Shown here: positions 22,350 to 31,088 of the stretch, piece after piece
Position numbering within the stretch: position 1 is the stretch's first letter
Layout of the letters: every line of letters starts with the position of its first letter
NCBI GenBank assembly: GCA_024277025.1
Contig: JAJRWA010000067.1
Coordinates: forward strand, 504 to 64,503
Source of the DNA: Candidatus Krumholzibacteriota bacterium
GTDB taxonomy: Bacteria > Krumholzibacteriota > Krumholzibacteriia > LZORAL124-64-63
DNA: 64,000 bases
Direction of reading: 5' to 3'
Notes under the pieces: model-generated
What the model saw: the letters and a program-made list of their open reading frames with translations, nothing else
What the model was told of the DNA's origin: nothing
Database searches by the model: none
Program-made: the position numbers and the translations under genes

Positions 22350-22970
22350 ATGACCAACCTTGTGGCATTGCGCCGGGAAATGGTCGACGTCGGGCGCCGG
22401 ATGCAGAGTCGAGGATTTGTGGTGGCCGCTGAAGGGAACCTTTCGGTTCGCGTCAGCGGCCACTGTTTTCTGGTCACCCCTGCCGGTGCCGCCAAGGGAC
22501 AATTGCGGGTGCAGGACCTGGTCGAGGTGGATCTGCAGGGCCGGACGGCCCAGGGCGAACCCACCAGCGAGTGGCCCCTGCACCGCGCAATCTACGAAGG
22601 CCGCAGCGACGTGTCGGCTGTCTGCCACGCCCATGCGCCCTGGGCGACGGCCTTTGCCGCAGCGGGCCGGGACCTGGACGGATCCCTGCTGACCGAAACC
22701 GCGGCGCTGCTGCCGCGGGTGCCCCTGGCCACGCGTTGTGAACCCGGTTCGGCGTCCCTGGCGGCCTCCATCGCCCCCTTTCTGGCCGATCACGACGCGA
22801 TCCTGCTGGGCAATCATGGTGTCGTGACCCTGGGCAGCGATCTGCCCGGTGCCTTCGCCCTGCTGGAGACGGTCGAACGCCTGGCCCAGGTCACCCTGCT
22901 GGCTGAAGTCGCGGCCGGACGCAGCCCCATCGACGAAGCTACCCTGAGGCTGTTGCAGCAACGCGGTTGA
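22350..22970 (+). CDS. Class II aldolase/adducin-family protein (fuculose-phosphate aldolase or MtnB-like)
   Basis: EGNLSVR…HCFLVTP…CHAHAPWATAFA…LLGNHGVVTLG signature of the class II aldolase fold. Confidence 0.8.
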   Translation: MTNLVALRREMVDVGRRMQSRGFVVAAEGNLSVRVSGHCFLVTPAGAAKGQLRVQDLVEVDLQGRTAQGEPTSEWPLHRAIYEGRSDVSAVCHAHAPWATAFAAAGRDLDGSLLTETAALLPRVPLATRCEPGSASLAASIAPFLADHDAILLGNHGVVTLGSDLPGAFALLETVERLAQVTLLAEVAAGRSPIDEATLRLLQQRG

Positions 22971-22985
22971 GTTTCCGTGCTGAAT

Positions 22986-24248
22986 CTATTTTCCCTGATA
23001 GAGCAGGCCCAGACGATCCGTGATGGCGTCCCAGCTGAAGCGTTCCGTCATCAGGTGTCGCGCCGCCACGGCCCGCGCCCGGCAGCCGGTCTCATCTGCG
23101 GCGTCGCGCAGCCAGGCCTCGGCAAATGAGTCATCGCAGGGGGCGATGGTCAGGACACCGTCCGCCGGCCCGGCAATGCCTTCGGCTCCGACGGGTGTGG
23201 TCACGACCGGCACCCCACGGGCCATGGCTTCCAGGATCTTGATCTTGATGCCGCCCCCCTCGGGCAGAGGCGCGACAAAAAGACGGCAGTTGCGGAAGAG
23301 AGGCGTCAGGTCGTCCACGAAGCCCACGGCCTTGAGCCGTTGCTGAGCCCAGCGTTCGCGGGGCAGGCGGGAACTCACAAAAGTGTCGGAACCGCGTCCG
23401 GCCAGGATGAGTGTGGCGGCCGGTCTGGCGGCGCTCACCCTGGGCCAGATCCGATCCACCAGCATTGCCGCGGCCAGGCGGTTGGGGCGGTGGTCGAAAG
23501 AGCCGACAAAGAGGTAGGTCTCCCGGCCCCCGTCGGCGCCGGGTTGCCAGTCGGCGGCCAGGGCGGTCAGGTCCATGCCCAACGGCATGAGAACCAGGTT
23601 CTCGCCACCCAGTTCAGCGTAAAGCTTGTGGTCTTCCGCCGTGACGCACAGGGTCGTGTCCGCCCAACGGGTGGCGTCTGCCTCGAGTCGGCGCCAGGCG
23701 GCTGCTTCAGCGCGCAGTAGCCTGCGGAGCACCGGATTGCCCGAGCGTTCAGCGCGGCGGTCACGCGGCACGTGGCCCAGTTCATGACTGTTGAGAATCA
23801 GGCGTGGCCGGGGCTCGGCTCCCGGCCGGCGTTGGCGGCGCAGATGCCGGGCATAGAGGGCCAGTTGGAGGTACTCGATCTGGATCGCTTCAGGCTGAAA
23901 CTCGGCAACCGCCCGACTGACCAGTTCGAACAGATGGCGGTCGGCGTACTTCTCAACGTAGGCGGGATAGCCGGCGGTCAGCGACCGCAATTGGGCCTGC
24001 AGCCGCCTGCCGAGCAGGGACAGCTTGTCGGCACCCTGTGCCCCCCGGTCCAGAAAGGGGAGTCCGCGGACCTGCACGCCCAACTCGGCCACTTCCCGGA
24101 GGCGGTTTTCTTCGCCGGGCCTGACCAGGCAGAGCGCCAGGACCTCGTGCTTGCGGCCCAACCAGGTGAGCAGGTCGCGCACGGCGGTCCCGCCACCATG
24201 GCCCACCCGGCGGTGGGGCAGGTAGGGAGTGAGGACCATGATCTTCAC
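22986..24248 (-). CDS. Glycosyltransferase family 4 (GT-B fold)
   Basis: N-terminal MKIMVLTPY…GGG and C-terminal E-x7-E region typical of GT4. 420 aa. Confidence 0.8.
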   Translation of the reverse strand: MKIMVLTPYLPHRRVGHGGGTAVRDLLTWLGRKHEVLALCLVRPGEENRLREVAELGVQVRGLPFLDRGAQGADKLSLLGRRLQAQLRSLTAGYPAYVEKYADRHLFELVSRAVAEFQPEAIQIEYLQLALYARHLRRQRRPGAEPRPRLILNSHELGHVPRDRRAERSGNPVLRRLLRAEAAAWRRLEADATRWADTTLCVTAEDHKLYAELGGENLVLMPLGMDLTALAADWQPGADGGRETYLFVGSFDHRPNRLAAAMLVDRIWPRVSAARPAATLILAGRGSDTFVSSRLPRERWAQQRLKAVGFVDDLTPLFRNCRLFVAPLPEGGGIKIKILEAMARGVPVVTTPVGAEGIAGPADGVLTIAPCDDSFAEAWLRDAADETGCRARAVAARHLMTERFSWDAITDRLGLLYQGK

Positions 24249-24282
24249 GGTTCGATTCTCCGGCAGGAAACGGGGCGGCGGC

Positions 24283-24567
24283 TTAGTAGGCCCGGTAGCC
24301 GCGGGCGATCGAGAATTCTTCCTTCTTGCGCTCGAGCTCGATTTTCCATTCGGTCGAGCCTTCTTCCAACTGGGGCTTGTTCTTGAGCAGGAAGGTGGTG
24401 GCTTCCTCGTCGATCTCGTCCTCGATCTTCAGGTCCTTCAGAATCAGGCCTTCGACCAGGTGCAGGAAATCATCTTCGCCGATTTCCAGGTCGACCAGTT
24501 CTTCATCCAGCAGTTTATTGCAGACCAGGCGGGCAATGACGGCAACCCGCTCCTCTGATAATCTCAT
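24283..24567 (-). CDS. Small acidic protein, DUF507-like, paralog B
   Basis: 94 aa, MRLSEERV…EDEID…NK…, paralogous to the upstream ORF. The family assignment is from memory of DUF507 N-termini (MRLS.EKI..L). Confidence 0.5.
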   Translation of the reverse strand: MRLSEERVAVIARLVCNKLLDEELVDLEIGEDDFLHLVEGLILKDLKIEDEIDEEATTFLLKNKPQLEEGSTEWKIELERKKEEFSIARGYRAY

Positions 24568-24597
24568 GGCAAATCCCTTCCGGCATGCGGGCCGGTT

Positions 24598-24879
24598 CTA
24601 CAGGATGAAGCCGGCCTTGCGGGCCAGTTCCCGTTTCAGTTTGCTGCGCAGGGCGCCGACGTCCATGTCCATGGCTGAAATCTCGTTCTTGTTCTGGGCC
24701 ACGAGCTCTTCCACCTGATCGTCGATCTCATCCTCGGCCTGCATGTTCTCGAATATCGCGTCGTCCACCGCTCGGGTCACCAGATCGATGTTCTCATTCG
24801 GATGGATCCGCGGATGCTCCTGCATCATCTGCAGAATGCGGTCCGAGAGGTGTTCGATCTTGTTCTTGCTCAGCCTCAA
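24598..24879 (-). CDS. Small acidic protein, DUF507-like, paralog A
   Basis: 93 aa, MRLSKNKIEHLSDRIL…EDEIDDQVEELVAQNK…. Aligns along its full length with paralog B. Confidence 0.5.
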   Translation of the reverse strand: MRLSKNKIEHLSDRILQMMQEHPRIHPNENIDLVTRAVDDAIFENMQAEDEIDDQVEELVAQNKNEISAMDMDVGALRSKLKRELARKAGFIL

Positions 24880-25188
24880 GGGGGCCTCCGCCGGGTTGGG
24901 AGTTGGGAGTCGGCAGGTGGCCAGCCGGCCACCCTTGCCGCCTTGCAGGCGGTTTTTCGTCTCTTGCTATTTAAAGCTTTTTCAAAGTGGTTGGCAAGAA
25001 AAAACGGCTTGGTTATGGTGGGGCGGTCCCGGTTTCGTGCCGGGATCGGCCGGGTGAAGGTCCATTCGCCTCCGGACGGGAATATTCCCGGGAACCATCG
25101 GGATGGATTCACGTATCACAGCGGCCGTTTGACACACGATTTGCAGGTTTCAGCCGCTGGTGCGGAGCGCCAGGTCCGAAAGGTCGCC

Positions 25189-26175
25189 ATGTCCGAATAC
25201 CAATCTCTCGATAAAATCCGTGCCGAGGAGCTGTCCCGGCGCCTGGGTGCCGTCCTGTCCGAGGCGGGCAAGGTCATCGTGGGCCAGAGCGAAATGATGG
25301 AGGGGCTGCTGCTGGGGCTGATCACCGGCGGCCACATCCTGCTCGAAGGCGTGCCGGGTCTGGCCAAGACCCTGGCCGTCAGCACCCTGGCCCGCACCGT
25401 CGATACCCAGTTCCGGCGGATCCAGTTCACGCCCGACCTGCTGCCGGCTGATATCACCGGCACCACGATCTACAACCGCGAGACGGGTGAATTCAGCGTC
25501 AAGCGCGGGCCGGTTTTCGCCAACATCATCCTGGCCGACGAGATCAACCGGGCGCCGGCCAAGGTTCAGAGCGCGTTGCTCGAAGCGATGCAGGAACGGC
25601 AGGTCACCATCGCCGGCGAGACCTTTCCCATGGCGGACCCTTTTCTGGTTCTGGCCACCCAGAATCCCATCGAGCAGGAAGGGACCTATCCCCTGCCCGA
25701 GGCGCAGGTCGACCGTTTCCTGCTGAAACTTCACATCGGCTATCCCACCAAGGACGAAGAGCGCCTGATCATGGACCGGATGGCGGGCCGGGATCTGCCG
25801 GATATCTCGAGCGTGATCGATCCGGCCGCCATCAGCGAGATGCGGTCGGCCGTCAACGCGGTCTTCCTGGACGAGAAGATCAAGACCTACATCCTGGATA
25901 TCGTGTTCGCCTCGCGTGACCCCGAGGCGGCGGGCCTGGACCTGGCGCCCCTGATCGCCTGGGGCGCCTCGCCGCGGGCCACCCTGGCGCTGACCCAGTT
26001 GTCCCGGGCGCGGGCCCTGCTCAAGGGGCGGGCCTTCGTCATCCCCGAAGACATCAAGGCCGTCGGTCATGATGTGTTGCGGCACCGCATCCTGGTGACC
26101 TACGAAGCCGAGGCCGAGAATCTCAGCAGCGACGATATCGTCAGCAGTCTGTTGGACAACATCGAAGTGCCCTAG
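25189..26175 (+). CDS. moxR: MoxR-family AAA+ ATPase (first gene of the Bat aerotolerance operon)
   Basis: Walker A LLEGVPGLAKT and MoxR signature along its length. Start at MSEYQS (25189); the maximal ORF starts at 24802. Confidence 0.9.
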   Translation: MSEYQSLDKIRAEELSRRLGAVLSEAGKVIVGQSEMMEGLLLGLITGGHILLEGVPGLAKTLAVSTLARTVDTQFRRIQFTPDLLPADITGTTIYNRETGEFSVKRGPVFANIILADEINRAPAKVQSALLEAMQERQVTIAGETFPMADPFLVLATQNPIEQEGTYPLPEAQVDRFLLKLHIGYPTKDEERLIMDRMAGRDLPDISSVIDPAAISEMRSAVNAVFLDEKIKTYILDIVFASRDPEAAGLDLAPLIAWGASPRATLALTQLSRARALLKGRAFVIPEDIKAVGHDVLRHRILVTYEAEAENLSSDDIVSSLLDNIEVP

Positions 26176-26180
26176 GAACA

Positions 26181-27098
26181 ATGAAGAAGACACGACCCGG
26201 TACTGCCATTCCCCCGGAAATCCTGGCCTCGGTGCGCCGCATCGAGATCAGGACGCGCCGGTTGGTGGAGGAGGTGTTTTCCGGTGAGTACCATTCGGTC
26301 TTCAAAGGGACCGGTATGGAGTTCCGCGAAGTGCGCGAGTATGTGGCCGGCGACGACATTCGCACCATCGACTGGAATGTGACCGCGCGCACCGGCGATC
26401 CCTTCGTCAAGATCTTTGAAGAGGAACGGGAACTGACGGTCATGCTGGCGGTCGACATGAGCCGCAGCGGCTGGTTCGGTACCGGCGAACGGACCAAGGT
26501 GGAGGTGGCGGCCGAGCTGTGCGGGGTGCTGGCCTTCTCGGCCATCGCCAACAAGGACAAGGTCGGCCTGGTCCTGTTCAGCGACCGGGTCGAGAAGTTC
26601 ATCCCGCCCGGCAAGGGCAAGAGCCACGTACTGCGCCTGATTCGCGAACTGCTGACCTTCACGCCGGCGGGGCAGGGGACCGACCTGAATGAACCGCTGC
26701 GGCTGCTGGGGTCGGTGCTCAAGCGCAAGGCCACGGTTTTTCTGGTCTCGGACTTCTGGACCGACGATTTCACGACCAGTCTGTCGGTGCTCGGCCGGCG
26801 CCACGATGTGGTGGCGGTGCGCGTGCGGGATCCGCGGGAGACCAGTCTGCCGGCCGTGGGGCTGGTCCGCTGGGTGGATGCCGAATCGGGGCAGGTCGCG
26901 CTGATCGATACGTCGGCACCCGAGACGGCCCGCCAATTGGCGCTGCGGGTGTACGCCCACGACGGCGCCCTGGAACGGACCCTGGCTTCGCGGGGGGTTG
27001 ACATCGTGGATGTCGATGTGACCCGGTCCTATGTTGATCCGCTGCGCAAGTTCTTCCTGGCCCGCGAGGGCCGGACCGGACGGAGGGCCCGCCGGTGA
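26181..27098 (+). CDS. DUF58 protein (vWA-like, partner of MoxR)
   Basis: DWNVTARTGDPFVKIFEEERELTVMLAVDMSRS… is a DUF58 hallmark. Follows moxR by 5 nt. Confidence 0.85.
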   Translation: MKKTRPGTAIPPEILASVRRIEIRTRRLVEEVFSGEYHSVFKGTGMEFREVREYVAGDDIRTIDWNVTARTGDPFVKIFEEERELTVMLAVDMSRSGWFGTGERTKVEVAAELCGVLAFSAIANKDKVGLVLFSDRVEKFIPPGKGKSHVLRLIRELLTFTPAGQGTDLNEPLRLLGSVLKRKATVFLVSDFWTDDFTTSLSVLGRRHDVVAVRVRDPRETSLPAVGLVRWVDAESGQVALIDTSAPETARQLALRVYAHDGALERTLASRGVDIVDVDVTRSYVDPLRKFFLAREGRTGRRARR

Positions 27099-28213
27099 AC
27101 CGCGCCTGGCTCATGATTCTGTGCGGCCTGGCCGCCGGGGCGGCAAGTGCGGTGGCCCAGCCCGGCCCGGTTCCGGTACCGGCGCCACCGGTCGCGCCGG
27201 CTGTCCCGGATACCGTGGTTATCGTGGTGGCGGCTCCGGATTCATTGCCACAACCGCTGGCGGTCCATGTGGTGCAGGATACGGTGGCTTTTGGCGGCCT
27301 GCTGGATCTGGTCCTCGACTATGACCCGGACCAGGCGGCGGACCAGCCACTGCACGTTGCCGCTGAAGGCGACTGGCTGACCGCAGAGTCGCCGGCGCCC
27401 CGCAGCTGGTGGGCCCGGTTGACGGGCCGGGATTCGCCGCGGGAAGTCGATCTGGCGGGTCTGCAACCGAGCGGCGGCCCACGGGTCGTGCAGTCCTTCC
27501 GCGTCTATCGCCGCGACCCGCTGCGGATTCGCTATCGGGATGATGTCTCGGCGGTGGTGTTTGTCCGTGGACAGACGGCGGGCGCCGAGCAGACAGCCAC
27601 CATCCGGGCACCCCGGCCGGTGTCCTGGTTCCCCTGGCTGTCGTTGGCCACGATCCTGGTCCTGCTGGGCCTGGCAATCTGGCTGCGGTGGCTTTGGCTG
27701 CGGCGGCACGTTCGGCCACGGCTGGCCCATTGGCCGGTGCCGCCGCCGGCGTGGCTGGCCCTGGCCGTGGCCCTGCGTGAGCTGCTGGCGGACCCTGCGC
27801 TGGCCCGCGGGGACAGTCGGGTCTTCCTGGATCGGCTGGTCTATCTGGTGCGGACCTATGTGGCCGGACGTTACCGCATTGCGGCGCGTGAAATGACGGG
27901 CGGCGAGATCGTGGCGGCCTGCACGCGACTGGGGCACGAGGCCAGCCATCCGGCCGGATTCGCGCGGCTCATCGATCTGCTGGATCGCGAGCGCTACAAC
28001 CCGGATACGCCGTCGCCGGCTTTTTGCCGGGAGCAGGCGGTGCAGTTGCTGGGCCGCGTGGGCCGTGTGCGGTTGGTGGCCCGCTATGCCGTGCCGGAGG
28101 CCGAGCAGTTGCTGGCCGGCGAGAAAGCCTGGTCGGCTCTGGTCGCTGACCTGGGGCTGGGGGCCGGCCGGTCAGCTCCGGCCACGGTGTCGGGCGACAG
28201 GGAGGACGACTGA
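27095..28213 (+). CDS. Hypothetical membrane protein (third gene of Bat-type operons)
   Basis: GTG start overlapping the DUF58 stop (GTGA). Signal peptide, Pro-rich segment and an internal TM helix (WFPWLSLATILVLLGLAIWL). Confidence 0.55.
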   Translation: MNRAWLMILCGLAAGAASAVAQPGPVPVPAPPVAPAVPDTVVIVVAAPDSLPQPLAVHVVQDTVAFGGLLDLVLDYDPDQAADQPLHVAAEGDWLTAESPAPRSWWARLTGRDSPREVDLAGLQPSGGPRVVQSFRVYRRDPLRIRYRDDVSAVVFVRGQTAGAEQTATIRAPRPVSWFPWLSLATILVLLGLAIWLRWLWLRRHVRPRLAHWPVPPPAWLALAVALRELLADPALARGDSRVFLDRLVYLVRTYVAGRYRIAAREMTGGEIVAACTRLGHEASHPAGFARLIDLLDRERYNPDTPSPAFCREQAVQLLGRVGRVRLVARYAVPEAEQLLAGEKAWSALVADLGLGAGRSAPATVSGDREDD

Positions 28214-29199
28214 TGGAACTGGCGCGTCCGCTGCTTCTGTTGTTGTTGCCGCTGGTTGGCGTTGCCCTGTGGGCCCGGTTGCGTGGTGGTGGTGATCAGA
28301 CCGCTCTGCGCCACTCTCGTTTGCCGTTGCTGGTGCCGGCGCGTGATCCGATGCGGGTACGGTTGGCCCGCGGGCTGCCCTGGGTCACGGCGCTTGCGTT
28401 GGCCCTGCTGGTCGTGGCGGCGGCCGGTCCGCGCCAGAGCCGCAGCAGCGAGGATATCGAAGGCGAGGGCATCGATATCGTGCTGAGCCTGGACATCAGC
28501 GGCAGCATGCGCTCCCTGGATTTCCAGCCCCAGGATCGTCTGGGTGCCGCCAAACAGGTGATTCGCGACTTCATTGCGGGACGGCCCCACGATCGGATCG
28601 GGCTGGTCGTCTTTGCCGCCCGCGCCTTCACCCAGTGCCCCCTGACACTGGACCATCCGGTGCTGACCGGATTCCTGGACGAGATCCAGGTCGGCCTGAT
28701 CGACGATGGCACGGCGATCGGTCTGGGCCTGGCCACGGCGGTGGCGCGCCTGAAGCACTCGACCTCTCCGAGCCGGACGGTGATCCTGCTGACCGACGGG
28801 GTGAACAATGTGCCGACCCTCGAGCCCGAGACCGCGGCCAAACTGGCCAAGTCCCTGGATGTCCGGGTGTACACGGTTGCCATCGGGCGCGAGGGCATGG
28901 TGCCGTATCCGGTGGATGACCCCATCTTCGGCCGTCAGACCCGGCAGGTCGAGACACGTATCGACCTGGCTCTCCTGCGGCGGATCGCCGGGGCGACCGG
29001 CGGCGAGATGTTCCAGGCCACGGACCCGGAAGCCCTGGCCCGGATTTTCAGGACCATTGACGAGTTGGAAACAGCCCGCTACGAAACGAAGATCAGCACC
29101 TGGTACCGGGAGCGTATGGTGTGGTTCGCCCTGCCGGCGCTCCTGCTGTTGCTGCTGGAGGGGATCCTGGGTGCCACCTGGCTGCGGCGTGTGCCGTAG
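28213..29199 (+). CDS. batA: BatA (vWA-domain membrane protein)
   Basis: Two N-terminal TM helices followed by a vWA domain with MIDAS DISGSM…TDG. Start overlaps the upstream stop (TGATG). Confidence 0.85.
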   Translation: MELARPLLLLLLPLVGVALWARLRGGGDQTALRHSRLPLLVPARDPMRVRLARGLPWVTALALALLVVAAAGPRQSRSSEDIEGEGIDIVLSLDISGSMRSLDFQPQDRLGAAKQVIRDFIAGRPHDRIGLVVFAARAFTQCPLTLDHPVLTGFLDEIQVGLIDDGTAIGLGLATAVARLKHSTSPSRTVILLTDGVNNVPTLEPETAAKLAKSLDVRVYTVAIGREGMVPYPVDDPIFGRQTRQVETRIDLALLRRIAGATGGEMFQATDPEALARIFRTIDELETARYETKISTWYRERMVWFALPALLLLLLEGILGATWLRRVP

Positions 29200-29225
29200 C
29201 CGGCAGTGACCGAGAAAGGACGAGC

Positions 29226-31088
29226 GTGAGATTTGCCGCGGAAATCTGGCTGTGGTTTGTGCCCCTGGTGCCTCTGTTGTGGTGGGTGCTGCGCAGTGCC
29301 GACCAGTCAGCTGCCAGGCGCCTGATCCGTCTGCTCGGCGAGCAGGCCGAAGGCCATGTCGAACGGGCCAATCCGCGCCTGCGCTCGTGGCAGAGGTTCT
29401 TCTTTCTGGCCGGATTGTTCTGGCTGCTGCTGGCCCTGGCCCGTCCCCAGTGGGGGGCCCGGGAAGTGACCGTCACCCAGCAGGGGTCGGACATCGTGGT
29501 GGCTCTGGATATCTCCAATTCCATGTTGGCCGAGGACGTCGTGCCCAACCGGATGGAGCGGGCCAAATCGGAGCTGGGCAGTTTCCTGGATCGTCTGGAG
29601 AACAGCCGGGTGGGCCTGGTCTTTTTCGCCGGTGCGGCTTTTATCCAGTGCCCGCTGACACTCGACTACGGCACGGCCGATATCTTTCTCAAGATGGCGG
29701 GGCCGGACATGATGAGCGCCCAGGGTACGGATATCGGCGGCGCCCTGAAGGCCAGCCGCGAACTGCTGGCCAAGGGCAGTCCCGAGGGGCCGGATGGGAA
29801 TTTTCAGGCCATTCTGCTGGTTACCGATGGCGAAGATCTGGAAGGCGCCTGGCGCGAGGAAGCCGAGGCCTGCCGTGACAAGGGGATCCGCGTGATCCCG
29901 GTTGGCGTCGGCGAGGAAGGCGGCGGCTTGATCCCCGTGCAGGACAGCCAGGGCCGGCCGGCGGGTTTCCTGAAGGACGAAGAGGGCAACGTCGTGACCA
30001 CGCACATGGATCTGGCGAAACTGGAGGAACTGGCGGCAATCGGTGGCGGCAGCGCCTTCCGCCTGGGCGTGGATGGGCTGGCCGGTGACCGGCTGTTTGC
30101 CGAATTGAAGCGGTTGGGCCGCCGGGACCTGGAGGAGCGCCGGATATCAGCTTATCAGGAGCGATTCGTTTGGCCCTTGCTGATGGCTTTGGCGAGTTTT
30201 CTGTTGCGCATGCTGCTGCGGCCACGCGGCTCCGACCGGGCCAAGAGTTGGCGCCGGGCCGGTCTGGTGGGGGCCCTGGCGCTCTGGGGCGCGGTGGCCT
30301 GGTCGGGTTCAGCCGTGGCCGGGTTGGCCCCGCCCCAGTTGCGTGAAATGAACAAGGGGTTGGAACGCTATGAGTCCGGCCAATACGATGAAGCCCTGTC
30401 CGCGTTCGAGTCGGCCATGGTGCAGGCACCGGATGATCCGCGGATCGGGCTGGCGGTCGGCGAAACCTTGTTCCAGCTCGAGCGGTATGAAGAGGCGGCC
30501 AGGGAGTTCCAGCGGGTCCTGAGTCTGACGGATGACGAGGCTCTGCGCGCCGAAGCGCTGTACAACAAGGGGACGGCCCAACTGGCGGCCGGTGACGCGG
30601 CCAAGGCTGTCGCGGACTTGCGCCGGTCCCTGCAGGTTGATCCGCAGCAGAAGGACGCCCTGTTCAATCTTGAGGTGGCGTTGCAGCGTTTGAAGCAGCA
30701 GGAGCAGCAACAGCAACAGGAGCAGGAACAACAGCAAGAAGAGCAGAAGCAGGAAGAAAAGGACCAGCAGGAACAGCAGCAGCGACAGGATCAGCAGGAC
30801 CAGGAACAGAAGGACCAGGACCAGCAGGAGAATGAGCAGCAGGATCAACAGGAATCAGAGCAACAAGAGCAGCAGCCGCCAAAGGACCAGCAAGGCCAAC
30901 AGGCCGACCAGAACCAGGACCGGCAGGATGAATCGGCTGCGCCCGAGGATGACATTGATCCCAGGGAACTGACCAAGGAACAACAGGCTCAGATTCTCAA
31001 AGCCCTGGATCGCGACGAGGAAGAGCTGAAGCGTTCGGTACAGAAGCGCCTCAAGGGCGGCAAACCCAAGAGCGGGAAGAAATGGTGA
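29226..31088 (+). CDS. BatB-BatC fusion (vWA membrane protein fused to TPR repeats) with a Gln/Glu-rich low-complexity tail
   Basis: GTG start with AAAGGA RBS. TM helices plus vWA (DISNSM…TDGED). TPR units follow. A roughly 80-aa stretch of Q/E/D/K repeats spans about 30690-30930. Confidence 0.8.
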   Translation: MRFAAEIWLWFVPLVPLLWWVLRSADQSAARRLIRLLGEQAEGHVERANPRLRSWQRFFFLAGLFWLLLALARPQWGAREVTVTQQGSDIVVALDISNSMLAEDVVPNRMERAKSELGSFLDRLENSRVGLVFFAGAAFIQCPLTLDYGTADIFLKMAGPDMMSAQGTDIGGALKASRELLAKGSPEGPDGNFQAILLVTDGEDLEGAWREEAEACRDKGIRVIPVGVGEEGGGLIPVQDSQGRPAGFLKDEEGNVVTTHMDLAKLEELAAIGGGSAFRLGVDGLAGDRLFAELKRLGRRDLEERRISAYQERFVWPLLMALASFLLRMLLRPRGSDRAKSWRRAGLVGALALWGAVAWSGSAVAGLAPPQLREMNKGLERYESGQYDEALSAFESAMVQAPDDPRIGLAVGETLFQLERYEEAAREFQRVLSLTDDEALRAEALYNKGTAQLAAGDAAKAVADLRRSLQVDPQQKDALFNLEVALQRLKQQEQQQQQEQEQQQEEQKQEEKDQQEQQQRQDQQDQEQKDQDQQENEQQDQQESEQQEQQPPKDQQGQQADQNQDRQDESAAPEDDIDPRELTKEQQAQILKALDRDEEELKRSVQKRLKGGKPKSGKKW

